This document shows, in pieces, positions 12,300 through 24,046 of a stretch of DNA of 64,000 nucleotides (position 1 is the first letter of the stretch; each line of letters opens with the position of its first letter). Position numbers and translations under genes: made by a program. The notes beneath the pieces were generated by a model. The model made no database searches. It was not told the DNA's origin and saw only the letters and a list, made by a program, of their open reading frames with translations. This stretch comes from Mobula hypostoma (Eukaryota): the NCBI RefSeq assembly GCF_963921235.1, contig NC_086104.1, positions 3,100,001-3,164,000 on the forward strand, written 5' to 3'.

Positions 12300-14980
12300 G
12301 GGGATGAGCCAGCATGTTGACAAGTTAATGATGTAACATGAATGTAACAGAGGACAAGCCAATGACTGGGTACCAATGCAGATAGAGCAGTGAGCTATAT
12401 TGTACCAAAATTCAAAAGGGAAAAGAATGCAGGACTTGAAGGTGCTGTATTTAAATGCACGTAGCATTCGGAATAAAGTGGATGGACTCGTGGCGCAATT
12501 AGGGATGGTCAGTATGACATTGTGGGCAACACTGAGTCGTGGCTGAAAGAAGGCCATAGTTGGGAGCTTAACATCAAAGGATATACTTTATGTTGGAAGG
12601 ACAGGCAGGACGGCATAGGCAGTGGTGTGACTGTTGGCAAGAGATGGAATTACATCTTTAGAAAGAGGTGACAGGGGGTCAGAGAAAGTTGAATCTTTGT
12701 GGGTGAAGCTAAAATGGGTAAAAAAGAACATTATGAGATTGCAAAGGGAGCTGGAAAGGGCATCTAACAAGAGTAATGTCACAATTGTAATGGGGGAGTT
12801 CAATATGCAAGAAGATTGGAAAAATCATTTTGATGTCGGATTGCAAGAGAGAACGTTTTTTGACCGCCTATGAGATGGCTTTTTAGAGCAGATTGTGCTT
12901 GTGCCTACTTGGGGAAAGGCTATCTTAGTTTGGGTGTTGTGTCATAACTCAGATCAAATTAAGGAGCTTAATGTAAAGTAACCCTGAGGAGGCAGTGATC
13001 ATAATATGATTGAATTCATACTGGAAGTCACATGTATCAGTATCACAATGGAATAAAGGGAATTACACAGGCCTGAGAGAACAGCTTGCCTATGTGGATT
13101 GGAGGAGGATACTGGGGGGTATGATGGCAGAGCAGAGATGGCTGAATGTTTGGGAATTGTTCACAAGGCGCAGGATAGATATATCCCACAGAGGAAGAAT
13201 TTCTCAAATGGCAGGGGTAGGCAACTGTGGCTGACAAGGAAAGTTAAGGACTGCATAAAAGCCAAGGAAAAGGCATAAAAGCTAGCAAAAGTGACTGGGA
13301 AGTTGGATGATTGGGAAGCTTTTGAAATCCAGCAACAGCAACTAAAAAGGCTATAGGAAGGAAAAAGATGAAATATGAAGGCAGACTAGCCAATAATATA
13401 AAGCAGGATACCAAAAGTTTTGTTTTTCAGTTGTATAAAGAGTAAAAGGAGGTGAAAATTGATATTGGACCGCTGGAAAATGACGCTGGTGAGGTAGTAA
13501 TGGGGGACAAAGAAATGGCAGGTGAACGTAATGGGTACTTTACATCAGTCTTCACTGTGGAAGACACTAGCAGTGTGCCAGAGGTCACTGAGTGTCAGGG
13601 AGCAGAGTGAGTGCCATTGCTATTAGAAAGGAAAAATTGCCCTTCAAATTCAAATCTCAAGGTGGATAAGTTACCTGGACCAGATGGACTACATCCCAGA
13701 GTCCTGAGAGAGGTTGCTGAAGAGATAACGGATGATTTGGTCATAATCTTTCAAGAATCACTTGATCCTGGCATTGTCCCTGAGGACTGGAAGATTGTAA
13801 ATGTCATTCCACTCTTTAAGAAGGGAGGAAGGCACAAGAAAGGAAATTATAGGCCAGTTAACCTAATCTCAGTGGCTGGGAAAATGTTGGAGTCTATTAT
13901 GAAGGATAAGGTTTCAGGGTACTTGAGACTAATGATGAAATAGGTCAAAGTCAGCATGGCTTTTTTAAAGGGAAATCTTGCCTGACAAATCTCTTAGAGT
14001 TCTTCGAGGAAGTAACAAGCAGGGTGAACAAAGGAGAGGCAGTGGATGTCACTTACTTGGATTTTCAGAAGGCATTTGATAAGGTGCCACACATGAGGCT
14101 CCTTAACAAGATAAAATCCCATGGCATTATAGGAAAGATACTGGCATGGATAGCAGAATAGCTGACGGGCAGGAGGCAGTGAGTGGGAATAAAAGGGGCC
14201 TTTTCTGGTTGGCTGTTGGTGACCAGTGGTGTTCCTCAGGGGTCAGTATTGGGACCGCTACTTTTCACATTGCTTGTCAATGATTTGGATAATGGAATTG
14301 ATGGTTTTGTGGCAAAGTTTGCGGGTGATATGAACATAGGTGGAGGGGTAGGTAGTACTGAGGAAGCAATGCGATTCGAGCTGGAGTTTGACAAATTGGA
14401 AGAATGGGCAAAAAAGTGGCAGATGGAATATAGTGTTGGGAAATGTATGATAATGCATTTTGGTAAAAGCAACAATAGTGCAGACTATTATCTAAATGGG
14501 GAGAAGGTTCAAACATCAGAAGTGCAGGGGGACTTAGGAGTCCTCATGCAAGACTCCCAAAAGGTTAATTTACAAGTTGAGTCTGTGGTAAAGAAGGCAA
14601 CTGCAATGTTGGCATGTATTTCAAGGGGAATAGAATATAAAAGCAAGGAGATAATGATATAAGACACTAGTCAGGCTACACTTGGAGTATTGTCAACAGT
14701 TTTGGGCCCCATATCTCAGAAAGGGTGTGTTGTCGTTGGAGAGAGTCCAGAGGAGGTTCATGAAGATGATTCCAGGATTGAAGGATTTCACATACGAGGA
14801 GCGTTTGGCAGATTAGGTCCTGTACTCACTGGAATTTAGAAGAATGCGGCGGGATCTCATTGATACGTATTGAATGTTGAAAGGACTAGACAAGGTGGAT
14901 GTGGAGAGGATGTTTCCTATGGTGGGGGTATCCAGAACTAGAAGGCACAAGCTTTGAGGGGCACCTTCTAGAACACAGGT
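12300..14980 (+). mobile_element. CR1 LINE ORF2, degenerate
   Basis: LYLNARSIRNKV start of [34 protein letters not shown]; many stops. Confidence 0.9.
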
Positions 14981-16135
14981 AAAGAGAAATTTCTTTAGCC
15001 AGAGGGTATTGAATCTATGGAATGCTCTGTCACAGACTGTGGTGGAGGCCAAGTCCGTGGGTCCATGGGATTTCTGCACATCTCAGTTCTAAATGGACAT
15101 CCTTCAATCCTGAACTCGTGCCCTCTTGTCCTAGAATCCCCTATATGGGAAATAACTTTGCTATATCCAATCTGTTTAGGACTTATAACATTTGGAATGT
15201 TTCTATGAGACCCCCCCTTCATTCTCCTGAACTCCAGGGAATACAGCCCAAAAGCTGCCAGATGTTCCTTATATTGTAACCCTTTCATTTCTGGAATCAT
15301 TCTCGTGAATCTTCTCTGAATCCTCTCCAATGTCAGTATATCCTTTCTAAAATAAGGAGCCCAAAACTGCCCACAATACTCCAAGAGTGGTCTCATGAGT
15401 GCCTTATAGAGTCTCAACATCACATTCCTGCTTTTATATCCTATACCTCTAGAAATGAATGCCAACATTTCATTTGCCTTCTTCACCACCAAGTCAACCT
15501 GGAGGTTAACCTTTAGGAGATCCTGCACAAGGACTCCCAAGTTCCTTTGCATCTCTGCATTTTGAATTCTCTCTCCATCTAAATAATAGTCTGCCCGTTT
15601 GTTTCTTCCACCAAAGTGCATGACCATACACTTTCCAACATTGTATTTCATTTACCACTTCTTTACCCATTCCCCTAAACTATCTAAATCTCTCTGCAGG
15701 CTCTCTGTTTCCTCCACACTACCTGCTCCTCCACCTACCTCTGTATCAACCTCTGCTTTAAATATACTCAGTGACTTAACCTCCTCAGCCCCTCATGACA
15801 ATGAATTCCACAGATTCACTCCCTCTGCCTGAAGAAATCCCTCCTCATCTCTGTCCTCAATGGGCATCTGTCTATTCTGAGGCTGTGCCCTCTAGTCCTA
15901 GACTCCCCCACTATAGAAAACATCCTCTCCACATCCACTTTATCCAAACCTTTTAATATTTGATAGGTTTCATTAAGATCTTCCCTCTTCTGAATTCCAG
16001 GGGGTACAGTCCCTCAGCCATCAAATGCTGCTCATACATTAACCCTTTTGTTTCCGGAATCATTCTTGTCAACCTCCTCTCGACTCTCTCCAATGTCAGC
16101 ATATTTTTTTCTTCGATAAGGAGCCAAAATCTCCT
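14981..16135 (-). mobile_element. CR1 3' fragments
   Basis: ORF 14995-15651 with YNVGKC, ISRGIGYKS, LMRPLLEYC motifs. Confidence 0.85.
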
Positions 16136-16523
16136 CATAATACATTATTTTAATCATGCCTGCAGTCCAGTCGATGTCCTGTTTTATTCAGATGGCATCT
16201 GCTCTTCCTCTGGATGCTTTTGTTTTTTAGCACCTGAGTCCGTGCAATGGTCGTCCCTCACCTTGTCCCTCATCTATTCACAGACACGGACATCACTGGC
16301 AATACCAGCATTTATCCTCTTTCCCTGATTAACCCTGAACTCAGGAGCCAGAGAATAATCATCCACTTTGATCAGTTAAAAAAATCAGTTTGTCCCACTC
16401 GTTATTCTGCAGCAGAAACTAACAGGTGTTTTTATAAAACTGAGGACATGGTGTCATCGTTATTTGTACGGAGACATTGATACAGAGACGTGACTAGAAA
16501 TACAACCAACATGAAGTACTCAC

Positions 16524-16871
16524 TGGTCACATTCAGCTGGGTTCCATTTCCAAAGACCGTCCCCCAAATGCCACAGATGTAAAGTTTAGGGTCGGTGACC
16601 ATCACATCGCTGATGGTCAGTGAGTAGCTGTTAGTGGTGACATTCCTGGAAAGCTGAAATCGATCGGAGAAGCCCCGTGACCTGTAAACTCGGCCATCAG
16701 TGTAAAGACTAAGTACAATTTCATTGGGTGAGTTGTACCAGTGTACATCATATTTATCCACAGTGTATTCCACATTGTCACTCTCCAGGTCACACTGTAT
16801 CCGCACTGTTCCACCTTCAGGCACCTTCACAACTCCTGGTGATTGGATCAGGACTGTCTCTGCATTTACAC
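16524..16871 (-). CDS. VJ-type Ig V-set exon, domain D1 (first in transcript order)
   Basis: Acceptor gtttactacccacag|GT GTA AAT GCA, donor ACC A|GTGAGT, 348 nt, phase 1/1, no stops. Cys23 (RIQC), Trp41 (DVHWY), Cys104 (LYIC), J-like FGNGTQLNVT. Confidence 0.9.
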
Positions 16872-17724
16872 CTGTGGGTAGTAAACAACTGAAGGTCAGG
16901 GCAGATGAAGAACCACAAAAATCATCATAATAATTTGAAACCAAAGGCACCATATTAATGAATATTTTGCACATTGAATATCAATTTGCAGTCTGATTCT
17001 TTCCATCCTGAGCTCAGTTCTTTCACTTTGTTCTGAAACAACCAACAGCACAAAAGTAGAAAGATTACCCCCCCCGGCGGTCCTACAGAAACAGAAGGAA
17101 TATTCCGAAGCGAAACGAATATTAAAGCAAAAAAAGATTAAATTCCCAACCCCTGTACCCTGCTAAACTGAAGGTGCTTTACGAAGGAGGGATACAGCTA
17201 TATCAGACGGTGGAAGAGGCGACTACAGACACGAACAACAGAGGGTTGCCCGTTAGTGTGATCAGACCGAGGGAAAGCCTGGCTGAGCAGTTATCCCGAT
17301 CTGCTTGGGAAATAGTAAGAGAACCGAGAAAGCAGGGGACGGGAGGAGGACGAGAGAAGGATATTAGGAAAAGACTATCTCCGAGGGCAGCCCTCACCTC
17401 CTCCAGAAGAGCCATAAGGTTTGGCTAACTTTAAAAGTGCTGATAAACTAAACGGAAGCGAAAATAGACAGTGATATTCCTATCTCAAGAAATACGTATT
17501 ATAATGTGGATTTTATATTAATCAATTTTTTAAATTCATTCATTCACTCCCTTTTCCCCACCTAAATGAGAATATATACATGGGAGGAATACACAGGGAA
17601 ATCATTTCTGTGTAATGGACATAGATTTTTTAAAACTTACTTTTATAGGTACTGCAGCGGGGCCCCTCAACTCACTGGTAGGAGGGGCTATGTTTCTTCT
17701 AGCTCAACCCAGGGTCATCTAGTG

Positions 17725-19085
17725 CAGGGGTCCCCAACCTTTTTGGCACTGCGGACCGGTTTCATATTGACAATATTCTTGCGGACCGGCCAACCCGGGG
17801 GGGAGGGGACGGGGGTAGTGTTGCCAACGGCCAAGAGTAGCAGTCAAATACGTTGTGTTTACTCCGAGAAAGACTACAATGACCACGAAGCCTTGCGCGG
17901 GCACCAGTGCGCATGTGTGTACATGTCGATATTTTTCTGCGAATTGTTTTTGGCGATTCTGCCGGGGGGGGGGGGGGTGTTGTTAATCACGACCGGAATA
18001 TAGGTGATAAGTGGCTAATACACTCAATTTTGTTTCTAAAAGGGTTTATCTAACGATTTTAATATTAAACACACAGCGCATATGGTCCTCGCACGACTAT
18101 AGTGATAAATCAATTATCGGGGAGGACAGGGGAGCTTGAAGTGTTGAACGAACTTCCAGTAGAAGTGGTAGAGGCAGGTTCGATATTATCATTTAAAGAA
18201 AAATTGGACAGATATATGGACAGGAAAGGAATGGAGGGTTATGGGCTGAGTGCAGGTCAGCGGGACTAGGTGAGAGAAGCGTTCGGCACGGACTAGAAGG
18301 GCAGAGATGGCCTGTTTCCGTGCTGTAATTGTTATATGGTTATATAAGTCAATAGCATCATAACATTTTAAGTGTATTTTCCCCGTATGAACATATAAAA
18401 TCATTGCAACACACCAATATCGCTGAATCAGTGGGAGCCCTGGGATTGTTTTCCTTCAACAAGACGGTGCCATCGAGGGGTGATGGGAGACAGCGATACC
18501 CGAAGGGGGTTCCTTATGTCCAATCTATTCCGCAGTTTAGTTTTTGTTGCATTCATTGCAGAGATACGCTGGTAATGGAAGCAACGTTTTAGTGTTTCCT
18601 GACTATCTCAGGATATTCAGCCTTGACTTTGATCCAGAATGCCGGCAGAGATGTTATGTCAAACATACTTTTCAGCCCACTGCCATTTGCAAGCTCGAGG
18701 AACATAGAACATAGAATAGTACAGCACAGTACAGGCCCTTTGGCCCACAATGTTGTGCTAACCCTCAAACCCTGCCTCCCATATAACCCCCACCTTAAAT
18801 TCCTCCATATACCTGTCCAGTCGTCTCTTAAACTTCACTAGTGTACCTGCCTCCACCACTGATTCAGGCAGTGCATTCTACGCACCAACCACTCTCTCAA
18901 AAGGGTTGCTCTCCTTTCCGCGCTGACATGGATGATGCGCGGGTAATGACTTCACGTGTGTTCATGCTCAACAGTGGGTGTGACAGGGAATGAGGAAAGG
19001 TACAGCTGACTCATATCGCCAAATCATATCGTTTCCTCACCACCCGGCAGCACATGCTTTGTGGCCCGGTGGTTGGAGACCACTG
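17725..19085. mobile_element. Non-autonomous hAT-Charlie-type DNA transposon with nested CR1 tails
   Basis: Imperfect TIRs CAGGGGTCCCCAACC...GGTTGGAGACCACTG; 8-bp TSD ATCTAGTG/ATCTAGAG matching the Charlie NTCTAGAN preference. Confidence 0.85.
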
Positions 19086-20440
19086 ATCTAGAGTCCCCAG
19101 CCTTCGTTACCTTTCTTAAAATTATTCGCGTTTCTTGGCTCTTAATTGTTCAGGGAGTAGATTGTTTAAGTTATATTCTGCAAATTTCAATGATATATTA
19201 ACAGATAAATACACATGGCTAAGGACAATGTAAAATTCATTTCTTTTAATGTCGATGGGCTGTTAAATCCAATGAAATGCAGTGAAATTCTATCAAAAAT
19301 GAAAAAAAAGAACAAGCCCATGTAGTATATTTACAGAAAACTCACAAGTGATAATGAGCATGGAAAATTAAAGAGAATGGGCTTCACTAATTTGTTTTTC
19401 TCCTCATATAAATCGGAACATAGAAGAGGAGTTGCTATTCTCAACTCAAGCAAGCTAAATTTTGGAAATGGGAGATAAGGAGGGCAGATATATTCTGGTA
19501 AGGGGGAATATAGACGGAAATCCAGTTCCTTTATTGAATACATACACACGCCCAAGAAGTGATATTAGTTTCTTCCAGAAAATTACTAATATTATGGTAA
19601 CGGAAACAGAAGGTCTCTTGATATGTGGGGGAGACTTAAATTTACAATTACAACCAAAGTTAGACTCTTCCAATAGAAAAACTTATGAAACGAAGTCCTT
19701 ACATAAGAAAGTTAACACTCTTTTTGAGGATATTGGTCTAATTGATATATGGAGGGACCTTTTCCCTGACAGAAGGGATTACACTCATTATTCTGCCCCC
19801 CCCCATTCCTTATATACAAGAATAGACTATTTCATAACATTTGGAAAAGATAGAGACAAAATAATCACCTGTGGAATTAGGACAATAGATGTAAGTGACC
19901 ATGCACCTATATATTTATCTGTTGATTTTCACCTACAACCAAAGAATACTATTTGAAACTAAATTCAAATCTACTCAATGATCCCTATTTTAAGGAACAA
20001 ATTAAAAAAGAAATTGGTCTTTACTTAGAATTCAATGATAATGGAGAGGTTTCACCTCCTATTCTATGGGATACTCTGAAGGCTGTCTTAAGGGGGAAAA
20101 TTATAGCGATATCTTCATATAAGAAAAAAGTAAGGAATAAAACATTAGAGGAATTACAAAATAAGCTGAAGGAACTAGAAAAAACACAAACTGAATTTGG
20201 CACACTAGAGGAAATTAAAAAAAAATTAGGAATGAAATTAGTAGTTTGGCCACACAAGAAATTAGAAAAAATTTAATGTTTCTGAAACAGAGAGACTATG
20301 AAAGTGGATCTAAATCTATAAAAATACTGGTGTGGAAACTGAAAAAAAAAGAGAGCAGAAAATACAATTCATAGAATTAGGGACCCAAGAAGAAAAGTGA
20401 TAAAAAATAAGCTAAGTGAAATTCAAGAAGCTTTTGAAAT

Positions 20441-20961
20441 CGCAAACAACAGGAATTCTGCAGATGCTGAAAATTCAAGCAACATACATCAAAGTTGCTG
20501 GTGAACGCAGCAGGCCAAGCAGCATCTATAGGAAGAGGTGCAGTCGACGTTTCAGGCCGAGACCCTTCGTCAGGACTAACTGAAGGAAGAGTGAGTAAGG
20601 GATTTGAAAGTTGGAGGGGGAGGGGGAGATCCAAAATAATAGGAGAAGACAGGAGGGGGAGGGATAGAGCCGAGAGCTGGACAGGTGATTGGCAAAAGGG
20701 GATACGAGAGGATCATGGGACGGGAGGTCCGGGAAGAACGATAGTGGGGGGGGACCCAGAGGATGGGCAAGGGGTATATTCAGAGGGACAGTGGGAGAAA
20801 AAGGAGAGTGAGAGAAAGAATGTGTGTATAAAAATAAGTAACAGATGGGGTACGAGGGGGAGGTGGGGCATTAGCGGAAGTTAGAGAAGTCAATGTTCAT
20901 GCCATCAGGTTGGAGGCTACCCAGACAGAATATAAGGTGTTGTTCCTCCAACCTGAGTGTG
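20441..20961 (-). mobile_element. Penelope-like element 3' fragment inserted in L1 ORF2
   Basis: Minus strand reads ATLRLEEQHLIFCLGSLQPDGMNIDFSNFR*; 11-bp TSD GCTTTTGAAAT at 20430-20440 and 20962-20972. Confidence 0.85.
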
Positions 20962-21814
20962 GCTTTTGAAATGTTTTACAAAACTCTGTATTCCGAAGTT
21001 CCAGGGGGAAGCATAGCCCAGATTGACACCTTCCTGAATTCTTTAGAGTTACCCACTTTAAGCAAAGAACAAAACAAAACGATGACTGCTAACATAACAA
21101 GCTGAACTCAGAACATGCAATTAGTCGGCTTAAATTAAGCAAGTCACCAGGATCAGATGGATATACGGCAGAGTGGTATAAAGAATTTAGAAATGAATTA
21201 ATTCCTGTTTTACTCCCCACACTGAACTGGGCTCTAAGAAAGGTGCAAATGTCACCCAGCTGGAAGGAGGCGATAATCTCAGCTATACCGAAAGAAGGCA
21301 AGGATAAAATGGAATGTGGGTCATCTAGACCAATATCTGTTCTTAATGTGGATTATAGAATATTTACCTCCATCATGGCCAAACTATTAGAAGAGTTTCT
21401 ACCCACACTGATACATAATGATCAGACAGGTTTTATACAACAACGCCAAACACAAGACAATATACGAAGGACACTTCACATTATGGATCATATAAAAAAA
21501 TTAAATTGAAACAATAGTGATAAGCATAGATGCTGAAAAGGCATCTGATTCGGTTAATTGGAATTTTCTTTACAGAGTTTTACATAGATTTGGTCTACGT
21601 GACACAATTATTAAAACCATACAGGCACTATATGACAATCATATAGATTAAAATCAGTGGATACTTATCTAATAGTTTTACCCAAGAAAGGGGCACAAGA
21701 CAGGGTTGTACATGGTCACCATTACTCTTCGCATTATATCTGGAACCATTAGCTCAATACATCAGACAAAATGAAGATATCAGGGGAATTACTATTAAAG
21801 GGACAGAGCATAAA

Positions 21815-22790
21815 GGGATTAGCAGCACTGGGGCTCCACAGGGGACTGTCTTGTCTCCCTTTCTCTTCACCATTTACACCTCGGACTTCAACTACTGCAT
21901 AGAGTCTTGTCATCTTCAGAAGTTTTCGGATGACTCTGCCATAGTTGGATGCATCAGCAAGGGAGATGAGACTGAGTACAGGGGTATGGTAGGAAACTTT
22001 ATCACATGGTGCGAGCAGAATTATCTGCAGTTTAATGTGAAAAAGACTAAGGAGCTGGTGGTAGACCTGAGGAGAGCTAAGGTACCGGTGACCCCTGTTT
22101 CCATCCAGGGGGTCAGTGTGGACATGGTGGAGGATTACAAATACCTGGGGATACGAATTGACAATAAACTGGACTGGTCAAAGAACACTGAGGCTGTCTA
22201 CAAGAAGGGTCAGAGCTGTCTCTATTTCCTGAGGAGACTGAGGTCCTTTAACATCTGCCGGACGATGCTGAGGATGTTCCACGAGTCTGTGGTGACCAGT
22301 GCTATCATGTTTGCTGTTGTGTGCTGGGGCAGCAGGCTGAGGGTAGCAGACACCAACAGAATCAACAAACTCATTCGTAAGGCCAGTGACGTTGTGGGGA
22401 TGGAACTGGACTCTCTGACGGTGGTGTCTGAAAAGAGGATGCTATCCAGGTTGCATGCCATCTTAGACAATGTCTCCCATCCACTACATAATGTACTGGT
22501 TGGGCACAGGAGTACATTGAGCCAGAGACTCATTCCACTGAGATGCAACACAGAGCGTCATAGGAAGTCATTCCTGCCTGTGGCCATCAAACTTTACAAC
22601 TCCTCCCTTGGAGGGTCAGACACCCTGAGCCACTAGGCTGGTCCTGGACTTAGTTCCTGGCATAATTTACATATTACTATTTAAATATTTATGGTTCTAT
22701 TACTATTTATTATTTATGGTGCAACTGTAACGAAAACCAATTTCCCCCAGGATCAATAAAGTATGACTATGACTATGAGGATGACTATGA
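21815..22790 (+). mobile_element. Rex1/Babar-type LINE, 5'-truncated, young
   Basis: Open 261-aa RT/C-terminal ORF ([13 protein letters not shown] upstream, [11 protein letters not shown]); (ATGACT)n tail; TSD CATAAA at 21809-21814 and 22791-22796. Confidence 0.9.
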
Positions 22791-24046
22791 CATAAATTGG
22801 CCTGTTATGTGGATGACATTTTGATCTATCCAGGGCAACCAACATACTCTTTACCTAAATTGATGCAATCCTTTGAACAATATGGCCAATTATCAGGATA
22901 CAAGATCAATGTAGATAAAATCCAACTACTTTCATATAAATATAGCCCACCAAGAGAAATTGAAAGTAGATATCCTTGGGCATGGCAAACAGTCTGTCAA
23001 ATATTTGGGCATCATTATGCCAAAAGATTTGGCAAAATTATCAGAATGCAATTATCAGCCGATATATTAAAAAATTAAGGAAGATATAACGAGATGGTTC
23101 TCAGTTCAAGGATTGAATCCATTAAAATGAATATACTACCCAGACTACTATATCTTTTTCAGATCCTACCAATAGAGGAGATTAACCAAAATCGATTCAA
23201 TGAATGGAACAAGATGCTATCAAGATATATATGGCAAGGTAAAAGACCCAGGGTTCATCTCAAAACTTTGCAATTAGCCAAGGGAAAGGGCGACCTTCTC
23301 TTAGGGATTATTATTTTGCAGCACAGATGAGAGCTGTGATATGTTGGTGCATCCCATCATATGACGCTCAATGCAAAAACATTGAGGAGAGGATACTTTC
23401 CATCCCCATACAGGCAATTTTGGCTGATAACAACCTACAAAGTTACATAAATACTATTGATAACCTGTGGGTGAAATGGACTCTTAAAATATGGAAAACT
23501 ATTATAAAAGACTAGAGAGAGACATTGTAATTCTTAAATGGTGTGCATATGACTTGGATTTTACGCCAAATAAACTGGGTGCTGGATTTAAGGACTGGAC
23601 AGCTAAAGGAATAACAGTTATTTGCAATATAATGAAAGAAGGAACAGTGTTCAGTTTTGAAATGCTCAAAGAGAAACACTTATTAGAAAAACAAGACTTT
23701 TATCGGTATTTACAGATGTGACAGTATGTTAATAGGATGGTTAAATATGTAACCAAGGCAAGAACATGTCTGATAGAGCTAATTAGAAAAGCATATAACT
23801 CAGGCAACGGTAGTAGAACAATTTCAAGCGTGTATAAGGGTTTGTCAAATCTTAAAACACATTCGACTTCATACGTTAAAACAAATGGGAGAAGGAAGGA
23901 GGGATAATAATATCTGAGGAAGACTGGACAATAATATGGAGGTATCAATGGAAGTGTACCAGTTCACAGAAATGGAGGGAGTTCCGGTGGAAAAACTTGA
24001 TAAGATATTTTATTACACCCTCTCAGAAATCCTATTAGAAACATAG

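Noticed and set aside
450-16974. ORF-track start and stop positions for the four V ORFs as single-exon genes
   Set aside because: The upstream Met and downstream tails are intronic read-through; canonical splice sites at homologous positions define the real exon limits.
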